Source: Dictyostelium discoideum
Taxonomy: Eukaryota
Direction: 5' to 3'
Length of the DNA: 64,000 bases
Assembly (NCBI GenBank): GCA_000004695.1
Contig: CM000153.2
Coordinates: forward strand, 704,001-768,000
Position numbers and translations under genes: made by a program. Below the pieces are notes generated by a model. The model made no database searches and was not told where the DNA came from. It saw only the letters and a list, made by a program, of their open reading frames with translations. Below, piece by piece: positions 26,640-42,463 of this stretch; the first letter of the stretch is position 1; each line of letters opens with the position of its first letter.

Positions 26640-28052
26640 TCCTAAAAAGATACAAGTATTATTGAGTGAAATGAAACAATGGGTAAGTTTCATTACCTCT
26701 TTTAATATTTTTAAACTTAATAGATATATTAATAATAATAATAATAATTATAATACTAACAATAATAATATTATTAACATATTATAATTAGTAAAATTAA
26801 TGAAGGAAACAGAAGGTACTATGAATTGGGTATTTGTTTAAGATATAGAGTCGTTGATAATGTCCATACATTTCAAATAAGATCGTCTAAGGTAAAATAT
26901 CTTGATGAAAGATATGTTTTCGTGTATTTATTAGATGGTCATTTTGTAGGTCATGGATTTTTTATGAATATCAAAGATTTGGAGATATAAGATTAAATCA
27001 AGGTGTCTATGTATGGATTATTACTAATTTTATAATTTAATTTTATAATTTAATTTTAATAAACCAATAAACTAACATATATTATTAAACATCTTTTTTC
27101 ATAAATTTAGGTTGTCAAAGGTTTCATAGTTGATTTCTTATAAAAAGAGGTGATTCAAAATCATTTATTCTTTGCACTTGTTGTTTGAAATGGTTACATA
27201 TGGATAGCTTTAACGATACAAAAACTGGTCATCCTTCCCATTATCAATTTTGCTTTGATTGTATTACAGAAATAAAAATAAACACCAAATTTCTGGCTGG
27301 ATTTTATAACATTAATTTAGAGTACTGTTGCAAATTGCTCATAATTTATAAATACAGATGTGCCACAGTCAATGCAATTTTTTCATTTAAAAGGTTAAAA
27401 AGCTTCGAGCTCAGATTCGATAGAATTTCAAGCCTTGAACATATATGGTTGGGAATATTCAACTATTATCACATGAATTAAACAACCCTCAAGATATAAA
27501 GAAGATGAGGAAATTATTAGACAGAGGGCAAATAGTATTATGTACGACAAAAGATTCCCTCGAAATACCACAACGAATATTCAACTTTTCTATCTTTAAA
27601 AAATCAATATTTCACAAAGATGGAGATGTTTTATAACAAATAAATTACTTTTTAAGATAATAATGGATCAAGTAAAAAGAGAAAGAGAGAAGATTATGAA
27701 AAGAAAAAAATAAGTTATGGAATATCAAAAAATAGATTAATGGGTTGGGTTGGTTATTTCAAAAATAACACAGTTTTTACATGTAGTTTTATTAAAGTCA
27801 GTGATTATACTGCAAAAAGATTCGAAAAGAATAGTGAATTGTCATATGATGAAAATAATGATGTCCACAAGCTACTATCAACATATTGGTTATCAAGATA
27901 TTTCAGTTTCAAAGTACAAATACATTTGTGACCCAAAAGATAAAGTTATTTTAAATAGTGTTTCTTGGGAAGAGTATAAAGTAAAAAACAACATCAATAG
28001 AATTAATGACTACATCAATCCTCATTATCCTATTCATAAACTTTTAGAATAG
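26640..28052 (+). pseudogene. Degenerate coding remnant: several frameshifted ORF fragments on the + strand, possibly a decayed DNA-transposon (BED-zinc-finger-like) or other pseudogene.
   Basis: GC content is higher than the surroundings. Fragments are ...KINEGNRRYYELGICLRYRVVDNVHTFQIRSSKVKYLDERYVFVYLLDGHFVGHGFF (26800-26990); LCTCCLKWLHMDSFNDTKTGHPSHYQFCFDCITEIK (C..C..H..H / C..C pattern, 27150-27300); 27445-27636; and 27750-28052. They lie in three different frames and no clean splice pattern joins them. Confidence 0.3.
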
Positions 28053-28890
28053 ATATTTATTTTAAATTATAGTTTTTGTTTTCTTTACAAAAAAATAATA
28101 AAAAATAAAATAAAATAAAAAAAGTGTTATAAATTTTTTATAGCTTGGAATTATCTTAATTTTTGCTTTACCTAAACTTTATTTTTTCTGATATCTTTAT
28201 CTTTACTTTTTTTGACTGCTATTTTTTTTTTTTAAAAAAAAAAAAAAAACATAAAATAAACAAATTATATTACTATTATTATAATATATTATTATTATTA
28301 TTATATAATGCAAATAATTTATTTTGCACGCAAATTGATGCATTCTTTTATATAAACTTATTTCAGTACACTCTAAATTGCTTTTTGATTTTTCTTTATT
28401 TTACTATTTTTGATTTATTATTAATACTTTAAAAATTTAAATTAATTACCGGATTTGTAGTTTTAATTTCTTCTTAATTCTCATTTAGATTAAATCCTGT
28501 ATTTCGATTTTTTTTCTAATACAATTATTATTTAAATTATTTATTAAATTGGTTGAATTATTTTCATCCGGTAATTATTAAATTTTCTTGTTGCAGTTTT
28601 TACCTAACCTGTGTTTGATTATATGCACGATATCCAATACATAGATTGTTTGTACCAAATCTACCAATTGTTTAATTAATATAGTGATTTCATAATATTA
28701 TAAATTTTTTTTTTTTTTTATTATCAAAAACTATTTATTAAAAAAAAATAACTAGTTATTTGATTGTTTAAAAATTAAATAAAAATTTACTTTGAAGTTT
28801 GCTCCAAATATTTTTTTTTTTTTTTAATAAATAAACTATTATTATTTTTAATTAAAATCTATAGATTACTTTTACTTTTTATTGAAATAC

Positions 28891-29103
28891 CACTATTACT
28901 ATTATTACTATACTATTTACTATTACTATTTATTACTATTACTATTACTATTAATTATTACTATTACTATTACTATTACTATTACTATTACTATTACTAT
29001 TACTATTACTATTACTATTACTATTACTATTACTGTTACTATTACTATTACTATTACTGTTACTATTACTATTACTATTACTATTACTATTACTATTACT
29101 ATT
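28891..29103. repeat. (TATTAC)n hexanucleotide microsatellite of about 35 units, with occasional TGTTAC variants.
   Basis: Seen directly; it generates the artefactual ORFs 28882-29145(+) and 28926-29111(-). Confidence 0.9.
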
Positions 29104-30815
29104 CTTTCCAATTGGTGTTATCATCTGAAGTTAAATTTCTATTGAATCCATAACCTATCTCTAATTTAGTAACTGATTCAAGTTTTAACATTTAAAATAG
29201 AGTGTGTAAAGTTAAATAATCTGTTGTTGATGTTGTTGCTGTTGTTCCTGTTTTTGTAGTAGTTGTTGCTATTGTGGTGTTGTTGCTGTTGTGGTGGTGT
29301 TGTTGTGGTGCTTTTGTCGCTTTTGTTGTGAAACATGATTAATAATTCATCTAAAGTTAGAGAGAATGGTGAATCTTATGATGTGTGTTTTTAAAACATA
29401 TAAAAAAATCAAAAAAACAAATGATTACATTCATTTTTTTTATTTTTTATATCATTTTGTTTGTGTATTTTTGAGTGCTCTCCTATCTACACTAAATTAA
29501 TATTAAAATAAAAAGAGACCTCGTAGTCAATTTGACTGTTAAAATACGATTTTTCAGAGAATGGATCAACTTTATTTTCGTCATTTATGTCGGTGACTAT
29601 GGTTAGGAGGCAAAGAACTCACCTGGATCCCTCTGATAGTCGCCAACCTAGGAGACTCAAGTTGCGATATTCATTTCATCATAAATATAACAATTAAAAA
29701 TATAATTTCAACTTTTGTTCGTTCGGTTTTATTATATTTTTTTTTTTATGGGACATTTGCAAAAAATAGTTATTTTTTTTTTAAAAATTTTTAGTTTAAA
29801 ATTAAAATTTATTTTCCAAAAATTTCATTTTATTAATCAGAATTTAAATCTCATTTTCCAACAACACAATAATTTTTTCAAAGTGTGGAAAAAACATAAT
29901 TCCAACACACCCAGATTTTTTTTAAAAAAATAATAAAAAAAAAAAAAAATTAAAAAAAAAATAATAATAAAAAAGATAAACATTAACTTTTTTGTAATTT
30001 CATTTTGTGAAGAGATGAATCATGACCCTACAACTGATAAACAGTATCATCATGCAATGTTACAAATATTTCAAATGAAAAAAAAATAAAACAAAATTCA
30101 CTTTTTTTTTTTTCAATAATTTTCATTTTTTTTTTTTTTTCGTTTTTTTGATATTTCAAGATATTTTCAAAATATGATTTTGATTTTTTTTTTTGATTTT
30201 TTTTTTTTTTTTTTTTTAAATAATAAAATAAATAACCATTATTATTTATTTATTTTAATTTTTAATTAATTTTAGATTCGTTGCTTTTAATAGGTCTGAT
30301 ATAAAATCATAATAAATCTTATGATCTTTTTTTAAATTTTTTTCATTTTTTATTTCATTTTTTTTTTTATCTCAAAAAAATATCTCATAATAAAATTAAT
30401 TCAAATTCTAAAAATAATATATTTGTTTCCGTACTTTTAATTTTTTTTTTTTTTTTAAAAAAAAAGTTTTAGTTTGTTTCAAAAAAGTTAAGTTATTTTT
30501 TAGAAAGTTTATACTTGAAAAAATATATCTTATCTATAATTTTATTAGATTCCCTTTTATTAATTTATTTATTTATTTATTTTTTTTATTTTTTTTTTTT
30601 GCCCCCATCATGATTGTTTAATTTGACAATAATTTTTTTTTAATAATGAACCTATTAAATGTGAGTGGGTTTTTATTTTAAACTGATTTTGTAAAACATT
30701 AAAATAAAATTAAAAAAACTAAAAAAAAAAAAAAAAAAAAAACTATAAAAAGAAATTTTTTTTTTTTTTAAAACCAGAATTCTCTCTCTTCTTACTAATT
30801 AATTAAATTTCAAAA

Positions 30816-30836
30816 ATGTTATTCAGTAAGTAATTT

Positions 30837-30935
<99 letters not shown>

Positions 30936-30976
30936 TAATATTTAAAATAGTAAAGGGTATTAATAAAAGTATAATA

Positions 30977-31016
<40 letters not shown>

Positions 31017-31193
31017 AAAATTATTTTAGAATCATTACAATCAATCACAAGTGTAAACTCAATTCAAAAGAATCAAATTTCTTCAATTTCATTAGGAAGC
31101 TCACAATCAAATAATAATGCAGCACTCTTAGATGCAGCAGCATTTGTTGCAATTCCAGGTTTATTAACTGCTGCTGCTGTTGCTCATATTTAA
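30816..31193 (+). CDS. Small (57 aa) Ser-rich protein, possibly hssA/2C/7E-like. Two exons: 30816-30825 and 31030-31193.
   Basis: ATGTTATTCA|gtaagt donor. An intron of (AAT)n plus poly-A ends at acceptor ttattttag|. Exon 2 reads KSLQSITSVNSIQKNQISSISLGSSQSNNNAALLDAAAFVAIPGLLTAAAVAHI*. Phase 1 is consistent. Confidence 0.35.
30841..30930. repeat. (AAT)30 microsatellite, intronic or intergenic.
   Basis: Seen directly. Confidence 0.9.
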
Positions 31194-31334
31194 ATTTTTA
31201 AAGATTTAATTATGAATTGTTTATTATAATTCATAAATTAATTATTAAAAACACACACAAACAAAATTATATGAATATTAAATTGTAAAATTAATAAATA
31301 AATAATTATATTCATTCATTTTATAAAAAAAAGT

Positions 31335-31370
<36 letters not shown>

Positions 31371-31551
31371 ATTAAATCAATTTTTTATTTTTTATTTAAA
31401 TGATTGTTATAAAAGTTGTTATTGTTATTATTGCTTTATGATAATTTTAGTGCTATTGTTATAGCTCTTATATGAATGTCAATATCTATTGATCACGATT
31501 GTAAGTTTTTAATAGAAACTACCCACAAAAAAATACTACCACGATAAATTA

Positions 31552-31705
31552 ATGATGTTGATGTTGATGTTGATGTTGATGTTGATGTTGATGTTGATGT
31601 TGATGTTGATGTTGGTGTTGATGATGTTGATGTTAATGTTGTTGTTGATGTTGATGTTGATGTTGATGTTGATGTTGATGTTGATGTTGGTGTTGATGTT
31701 GATGG
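31552..31705. repeat. (ATGTTG)n hexanucleotide array of about 25 units.
   Basis: Seen directly; it sits immediately 5' of the palindromic element. Confidence 0.9.
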
Positions 31706-32040
31706 TTCATTTGCTCATACTAGGCCACTGCCCACCAGTTGGTGACAGACTGCCGTTTGCCAATAATAGGTAAGTGTCAGCTTAATGTTCGCAGACTGGG
31801 GTTTGCCCATGCTATACAAATGACCGCTAACTGGTGGCAGATGGTCATTTACTCATACTAGGCCATTGCCCGCTAGCAGCCAGAAGACGGCCAGTGGTCT
31901 AGTGTGAGTAAACTGAGGTCTGCCAGCAATTAACGACCACTTATATAGTATAAGCAAACGGAAGTCTGCTACCAGCTATAGGGCACTGACCTATTATTGG
32001 CAAACAGTAGTCTGTCGCCAACTGGTGGGCAGGGGCTTTG
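31706..32040. mobile_element. ~330-bp GC-rich quasi-palindromic element (MITE-like, thug-like), a non-coding hairpin repeat.
   Basis: The terminal arm ggccactgcccaccagttggtgacagactgccgtttgccaataatagg (31725-31772) is the near-perfect reverse complement of cctattattggcaaacagtagtctgtcgccaactggtgggcagggg (31989-32034). The interior also self-complements (gtttgcccatgctatacaaatgaccgctaactggtggcagatggtcatttactcatactaggccattgcc vs the revcomp of ...ggccagtggtctagtgtgagtaaactgaggtctgccagcaattaacgaccacttatatagtataagcaaac). There is no ORF. About 50% GC within 22% GC surroundings. Confidence 0.45.
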
Positions 32041-32711
32041 TATAAACAAATGAACCATCTGTTGAAATCTATTTAAAATTGAAATTTAAAATATGAAAAA
32101 AAAAAAAAAAAAAAAAATTAATGAAAATGGAATGAGATTATTCATTTTTGTTACCAGTTTATGATTATTTTTAAATGAATTTCAAAAAAAAAATAAACAA
32201 AATTTAATTTTAATTTATACAAAAAAGAACACAATAAAAAAAAATAAAAAAAATTAAAATTTTTAACTTAATCTTTAGAAAAACAATTTTTTTAATTTTT
32301 TTTTTTGTTATAATTTTTATTATTTATTTTATTTTATTTTTAACCATCAAAAAATATTACATAAAAATATTGTAACTATTTTTAGGAAAAATGGTGGTTT
32401 TTTTTTTTTTTTTTTATTGTGTGCTTTTTTGTTGCTGTGTTTACAAATTCATTTTAAATGAATAAAAAATTAAATCATAATATTTTGGTGGTTCCAATAA
32501 TAGATTTTTCTAATCAAAAAATAAAAAGAAAAAAAAAAAAATGAACTTTGAGATTGTTTTTTTCTTTTTTATTTTTTATTTTTTTTTCTTTTTTTTTAAT
32601 TTTTAATATTTTTTTTTTTAATATTATTAATAAATAAGGTAATTACAAAATGATCTATTTTTCAACTGATATCATTGGGGTTGAACGTAATTAAATTTAT
32701 AATAATATTTT

Positions 32712-32751
<40 letters not shown>

Positions 32752-33090
32752 TTTAATTTTAGAACCATTGTTTCATCTTAAAATTAAAAAAAATAAAATA
32801 AAATAAAATAATAATAATAATATTAATAATATTAAAAACAATCATAAAAATAATAATAAAAATAATCATAATTGGTGATAATGTTTTTTTTTTGGAAATA
32901 TTAAAAAAAAAAAAATAATAAATAAATAAATAAATTAATTTTCAAACTTCACATCTTTATATTTTTATTTTTTCCTCTAAATATTAATTATATATATATA
33001 TTTTTCCTGAAAAAATTTTACCTAAAAAATAGGATGTAAAACTTTGAAAGTAAATTATATTTTTTATTAATTAATTTCAAAATAAAAAGA

Positions 33091-33124
33091 ATGAGAACCC
33101 CAAATTATATAAATAATAATTATT

Positions 33125-33219
<95 letters not shown>

Positions 33220-33534
33220 CAAACAAATTTAAATGAAGAAAACAATGATCAATACGATATGATGAGAGAAAATTTGAAAATTAGAAATATTACAGTTATA
33301 TTAAAATTATTAATAACAATGAAAGCTGGTATCACAAGAAATTCATCTGATACAACTGGTATGACAATGACTCCATCTGATCAAGTTCCAACACCTGGAG
33401 TATCAAAGGATGATTTTAATACTTTAATAATACGCCATTTTCGTTTATACAATAATTATCCATCTCCATCACCAACTACTTCATTTAACTCAACAAATCC
33501 CCAAAACACACACCAAACGCGAAAAAGTAATTAG
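33091..33534 (+). CDS. Hypothetical low-complexity protein (147 aa, poly-Asn tract).
   Basis: An ORF with a long (AAT)n-encoded N tract followed by non-repetitive sequence (DQYDMMRENLKIRNITVILKLLITMKAGITRNSSDTTGMTMTPSDQVPTPGVSKDDF...). No domain recognised. Confidence 0.3.
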
Positions 33535-33625
33535 AAATAAGAATTAGTTGTTTTAGTCATTTTATTTGCTCTTTAAAAAAAAAAAAAATTAATAAAATTT
33601 ATAAAAATAAAAAAAAAAGAAAAGA

Positions 33626-33670
<45 letters not shown>

Positions 33671-33987
33671 AACCAAATTAATTGTTTTAGTCATATTATT
33701 CATATTTATAAATTTAGTTTATTATTAAGAAGATTTTCTTCATTTTATTTTTAATAGTTATTTTCATCATTTTAATCACTTTAGTTTTTATTATATATTT
33801 TCATCATTTTAATAATATTATTTTAATTACAAATTTTCATCATATTAATCATTTTAATTTTTTTTATTTTTTTCATAAAGAGACTTAACAAAAAAAGAAT
33901 CATCATTTTATTAAACATTACACCACTTTTTATTTTTAATACTAAATAAAGATAATAAAAAATTAATTAAAAAGTGAATTCTTTTTT

Positions 33988-34019
<32 letters not shown>

Positions 34020-34037
34020 TTATTTTTACTATTAAAA

Positions 34038-38939
<4,902 letters not shown>

Positions 38940-38965
38940 TCTATTTCGGCCTAAACAGTGTTTTT

Positions 38966-39008
<43 letters not shown>

Positions 39009-39133
39009 CAATAATTTATAAAAAAAAGCCCGGAATCCCATTTTATTGAGTTGCGAGTGGCGAAAATTAAATTTGATTAGTTTTTATTTTATTTTTATTT
39101 TTATTTTATTTTTTTATTTTTTGATAAAAGAAA

Positions 39134-39277
39134 TTAAATTAATAATAAATCTTCAACTAACTTTCGTATGTAGGATTTATTAGAACCAAGATAGCTATTA
39201 ATTTTTTCACCATTTTTATATGTAACAAAACATGGAACACCTGAAACTAAATATTGAATTAAAAATTGAATTATTAA

Positions 39278-39324
<47 letters not shown>

Positions 39325-39490
39325 ATATTATATATACCATTTTTACAAACTTCTATATTGGGTAATTTGTCTAGGTCAACCTTTATAAACATGATTTGTT
39401 GTTGAGACTCTGCATAGATTTTTAAAACTTTTTCACATTCTTTACATTTATCACCTAAAAATTAAATAATTGATTTGGTTAATTTATTTA

Positions 39491-39521
<31 letters not shown>

Positions 39522-40418
39522 GAAAAAAAAAATACATACACCACAATGTTGATAAAAATACCATTACTAAATTTCTTTTTGAAAATTCATTTTCAAATTC
39601 ATCAATACTTTTTGGTTCTGTATAATTCTTTGAGTTTTTATTATTTAAAAAATCCATTGTAAATTGTGATAACCCAGGTGGAGGTTCTAATTGTGGTCCT
39701 GATAGTTTAACAATATCAGGTATGGTTTGTGGAATAAACATTGGTTTTGAAAAAATTTGATTTATTTTTGTTGTTGGTATTGGTAATTGTTCTTGTTGCT
39801 CTTGTTGTTGTTCTTGTTGAAGTTTTTGTAATTTTAGATTTGCTAAAATTAAATCATTTTCTAATTTTGTAATTTTTAAATCTTTTTCTTTATTTGACTC
39901 AATTAAATTAATTAACATTGATTGTAATAAAACATGTGGACATGTTATTTCATGAATTGATACAATTGATCTAATTGAAGAGAATTTACAATTCACATTT
40001 TCACCTTTACAATTTATTATGATTGATTCACATTGATTTGTAATATGATTATTAATTTCTGTATTTTTAAATAACTTTCCACAACCTAATGAACATAGTT
40101 GAGTTTTACAATCATTTTTTAAATGATAATTAATGAAATTATTACACCTTTTAATTGGTATAATATCATCACATTCATCACAAACAACTAAAATCTCATT
40201 AAATTTACCAATATTAAAATCTTGTGAAATTTCTATTTTATTTACAATTTTTGTGGTTGTTGTTGTTGTTTTTATTTCACACGTTGGACATATATCTCTA
40301 CCATTTAAACATTCCCTACAAAATATTTTACCACATTGTTTCTCCTGTACAGGGTCATTTAAATAATTAGAACAAATTTGACATTTTAATTCATTACCAA
40401 TTTTATTAATTTTAATAA

Positions 40419-40464
<46 letters not shown>

Positions 40465-40500
40465 ATTACTATTCATATTTTTATTATTATTTTTTAACAA
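39134..40500 (-). CDS. RING/TRAF-type zinc-finger protein with coiled coil and a C-terminal thioredoxin-fold domain (CxxC = CDKC). Three exons: 40500-39540, 39454-39338, 39246-39134.
   Basis: Exon 1 has CQICSNYLNDPVQEKQCGKIFCRECLNGRDICPTC (RING-like), then TRAF-type fingers (CKTQLCSLGCGKLF...H...C; CKGENVNCKF...H..CPH), then a coiled coil (LENDLILANLKLQKLQQEQQQEQQ). Donor W|gtatgt (phase 1) joins exon 2, giving NLVMVFLSTLW-CDKCKECEKVLKIYAESQQQIMFIKVDLDKLPNIEVCKNG. Exon 3 reads VSGVPCFVTYKNGEKINSYLGSNKSYIRKLVEDLLLI*. This aligns to thioredoxin VVVDFWAEWCGPCK...KLNIDQNP...YGIRGIPTLLLFKNGE... Confidence 0.6.
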
Positions 40501-40508
40501 TTGTTTAT

Positions 40509-40539
<31 letters not shown>

Positions 40540-41495
40540 CCTGTTTAGATCATAACATCGTCATAATGGTTTTTTTTTTTTTATTTTTTTTTTTTTTTAA
40601 AAATATCAAAAAAAAATCAAAAATTAAAAAATTAATAAAACCAAAATAAAAAATTAAAAAAAATTAAAAAAAATTAAAAAAATTAAAAAAAAAGTGTAAA
40701 AAAGAAATATATTTTTAAAAATGATTGACTTTTTTTAAAAAAAAAATATGCAAAATGAAAGTTTTAAATATTTATTTCATTTTTATTCTTTTTCTTAAGT
40801 TTTATTTAATTTTTTTTATTTTGTATAAAATTCTTATTATTATTGATTTGATTTTAAAAAAGATAAAAAGTTTATAATTTTTTTTTTTTATTTTGTATAG
40901 AACTCTTATTATTATTGATTGACAATAATATTATAAAAAATAAAAAAAATAAAATAAAAAAATAAAAAAAAAAAAAAAAAAAAAAGAAATTAAGGAATAT
41001 ATATACCCTATCCTCTTTTAAATAATTGCAATCAAATGAAAAAAAAATTAAAATATTGATTAAAAAAAAATTAAAAAAAATGAGATGATTTTCTTGAAAT
41101 TAATTTTCCCAAAAATATGTAATCAAAACAAAACAATAAAATAAATAAGGAATTAATGATAATAAAAATTATAAAATAATAATGGTATATTATAACAAAA
41201 TAGTAATATTTATAATAATTACAAGGATGAAATTTTAGAAATAATTTTTATATTTTTTTGAAATTTAACCCATTTCACACTTGTATAAAAGACACCCCAT
41301 AAAAAAAAAAAAAGAAAAAAAAAAAAAAAACTAAAAATTATAAGAACTTTTGAACAAATATTTTTGTTTTTAAATATCTTTTTTTTTTTTTTTTTTTTTT
41401 TTTTTTCATGAATAATTACCAAAATGTTTTTCAAAAATATCCCGATTTTTAAACCCAGGGTTTTAATTTTCGGTTTTGAATTAATTAACTGACAC

Positions 41496-41535
<40 letters not shown>

Positions 41536-41871
41536 AAAAAAAAAATTAAAAAAAAAATTAAAAAAAAATAATTTTTTAATCTGATTTATTTTTTTTTTAT
41601 GGAGTGTCCAAACCTTACTGATTCACTAAACCGAACCCTATTTACACCTATTTTTTATTAAAAAACAATCGTTAATTTAATATTTATTTTATTTTTATTT
41701 TTTTTCATTTTTTTTTATTTTATTTTAATTTTATTTTATTTTATTTTATTTTATTTTTTTTTTTCTATACAAAAAAAAAAAAAAATTACCTATAAATTTT
41801 TTTAGTATAAATAAAAATAACATTTATATCAATTTTAGTTTAAAGACAATTTTAGATTTGGTGTGGGTTTG

Positions 41872-41905
<34 letters not shown>

Positions 41906-42463
41906 TGTATTCTAATTTTGTGGTTTTTAGTCATCATTTTACTTTAAATATCTTTTTTTTTATTTTATTTTAAAATTCATACACAAACAATAAAATAAAT
42001 AATATTATTTCTTTTTTATTATTATTTTTTTGTTTTTCTAATAGTACAAACCTGTGATACCATTTTAATTTTGTCGTTCAGATTTCACCACAAATAATTA
42101 ATTAATTCACTCTTTGTTTATTATTAAATTAAAATAAAAAAAAAATAAAATAAAAAAAAATAAAAAAAAATAAAAAATAATAAAAATAAAAATAAAAATA
42201 AAAATAAAAAAAAGTAATAATATCTTTAAAAAATATTTATTTATAATTTTTAAAAATATTTATTTTTAATTTTTTTAATTTTTATTTTTAATTTTTATTT
42301 GTTTGAAAGTAAAAAAAAAAATAAAAAGCAAATAAAAAAAAAAAAAAAAAAAAAGAAAGCAAAATTAAAATAATTATTTTAAAAATAAGTTAAGAGTGTA
42401 TAACAACAAAAAAAAAAAAAAAATTAATTCCAGAAAATAAAAAAAATAATAATAATAATTATA

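Noticed and set aside
28882-29145. ORFs over the (TATTAC)n array, and the thought that the regular 6-nt array might be CRISPR-like.
   Set aside because: It is a pure microsatellite with no spacers. This is a eukaryotic genome, so a CRISPR call is not applicable.
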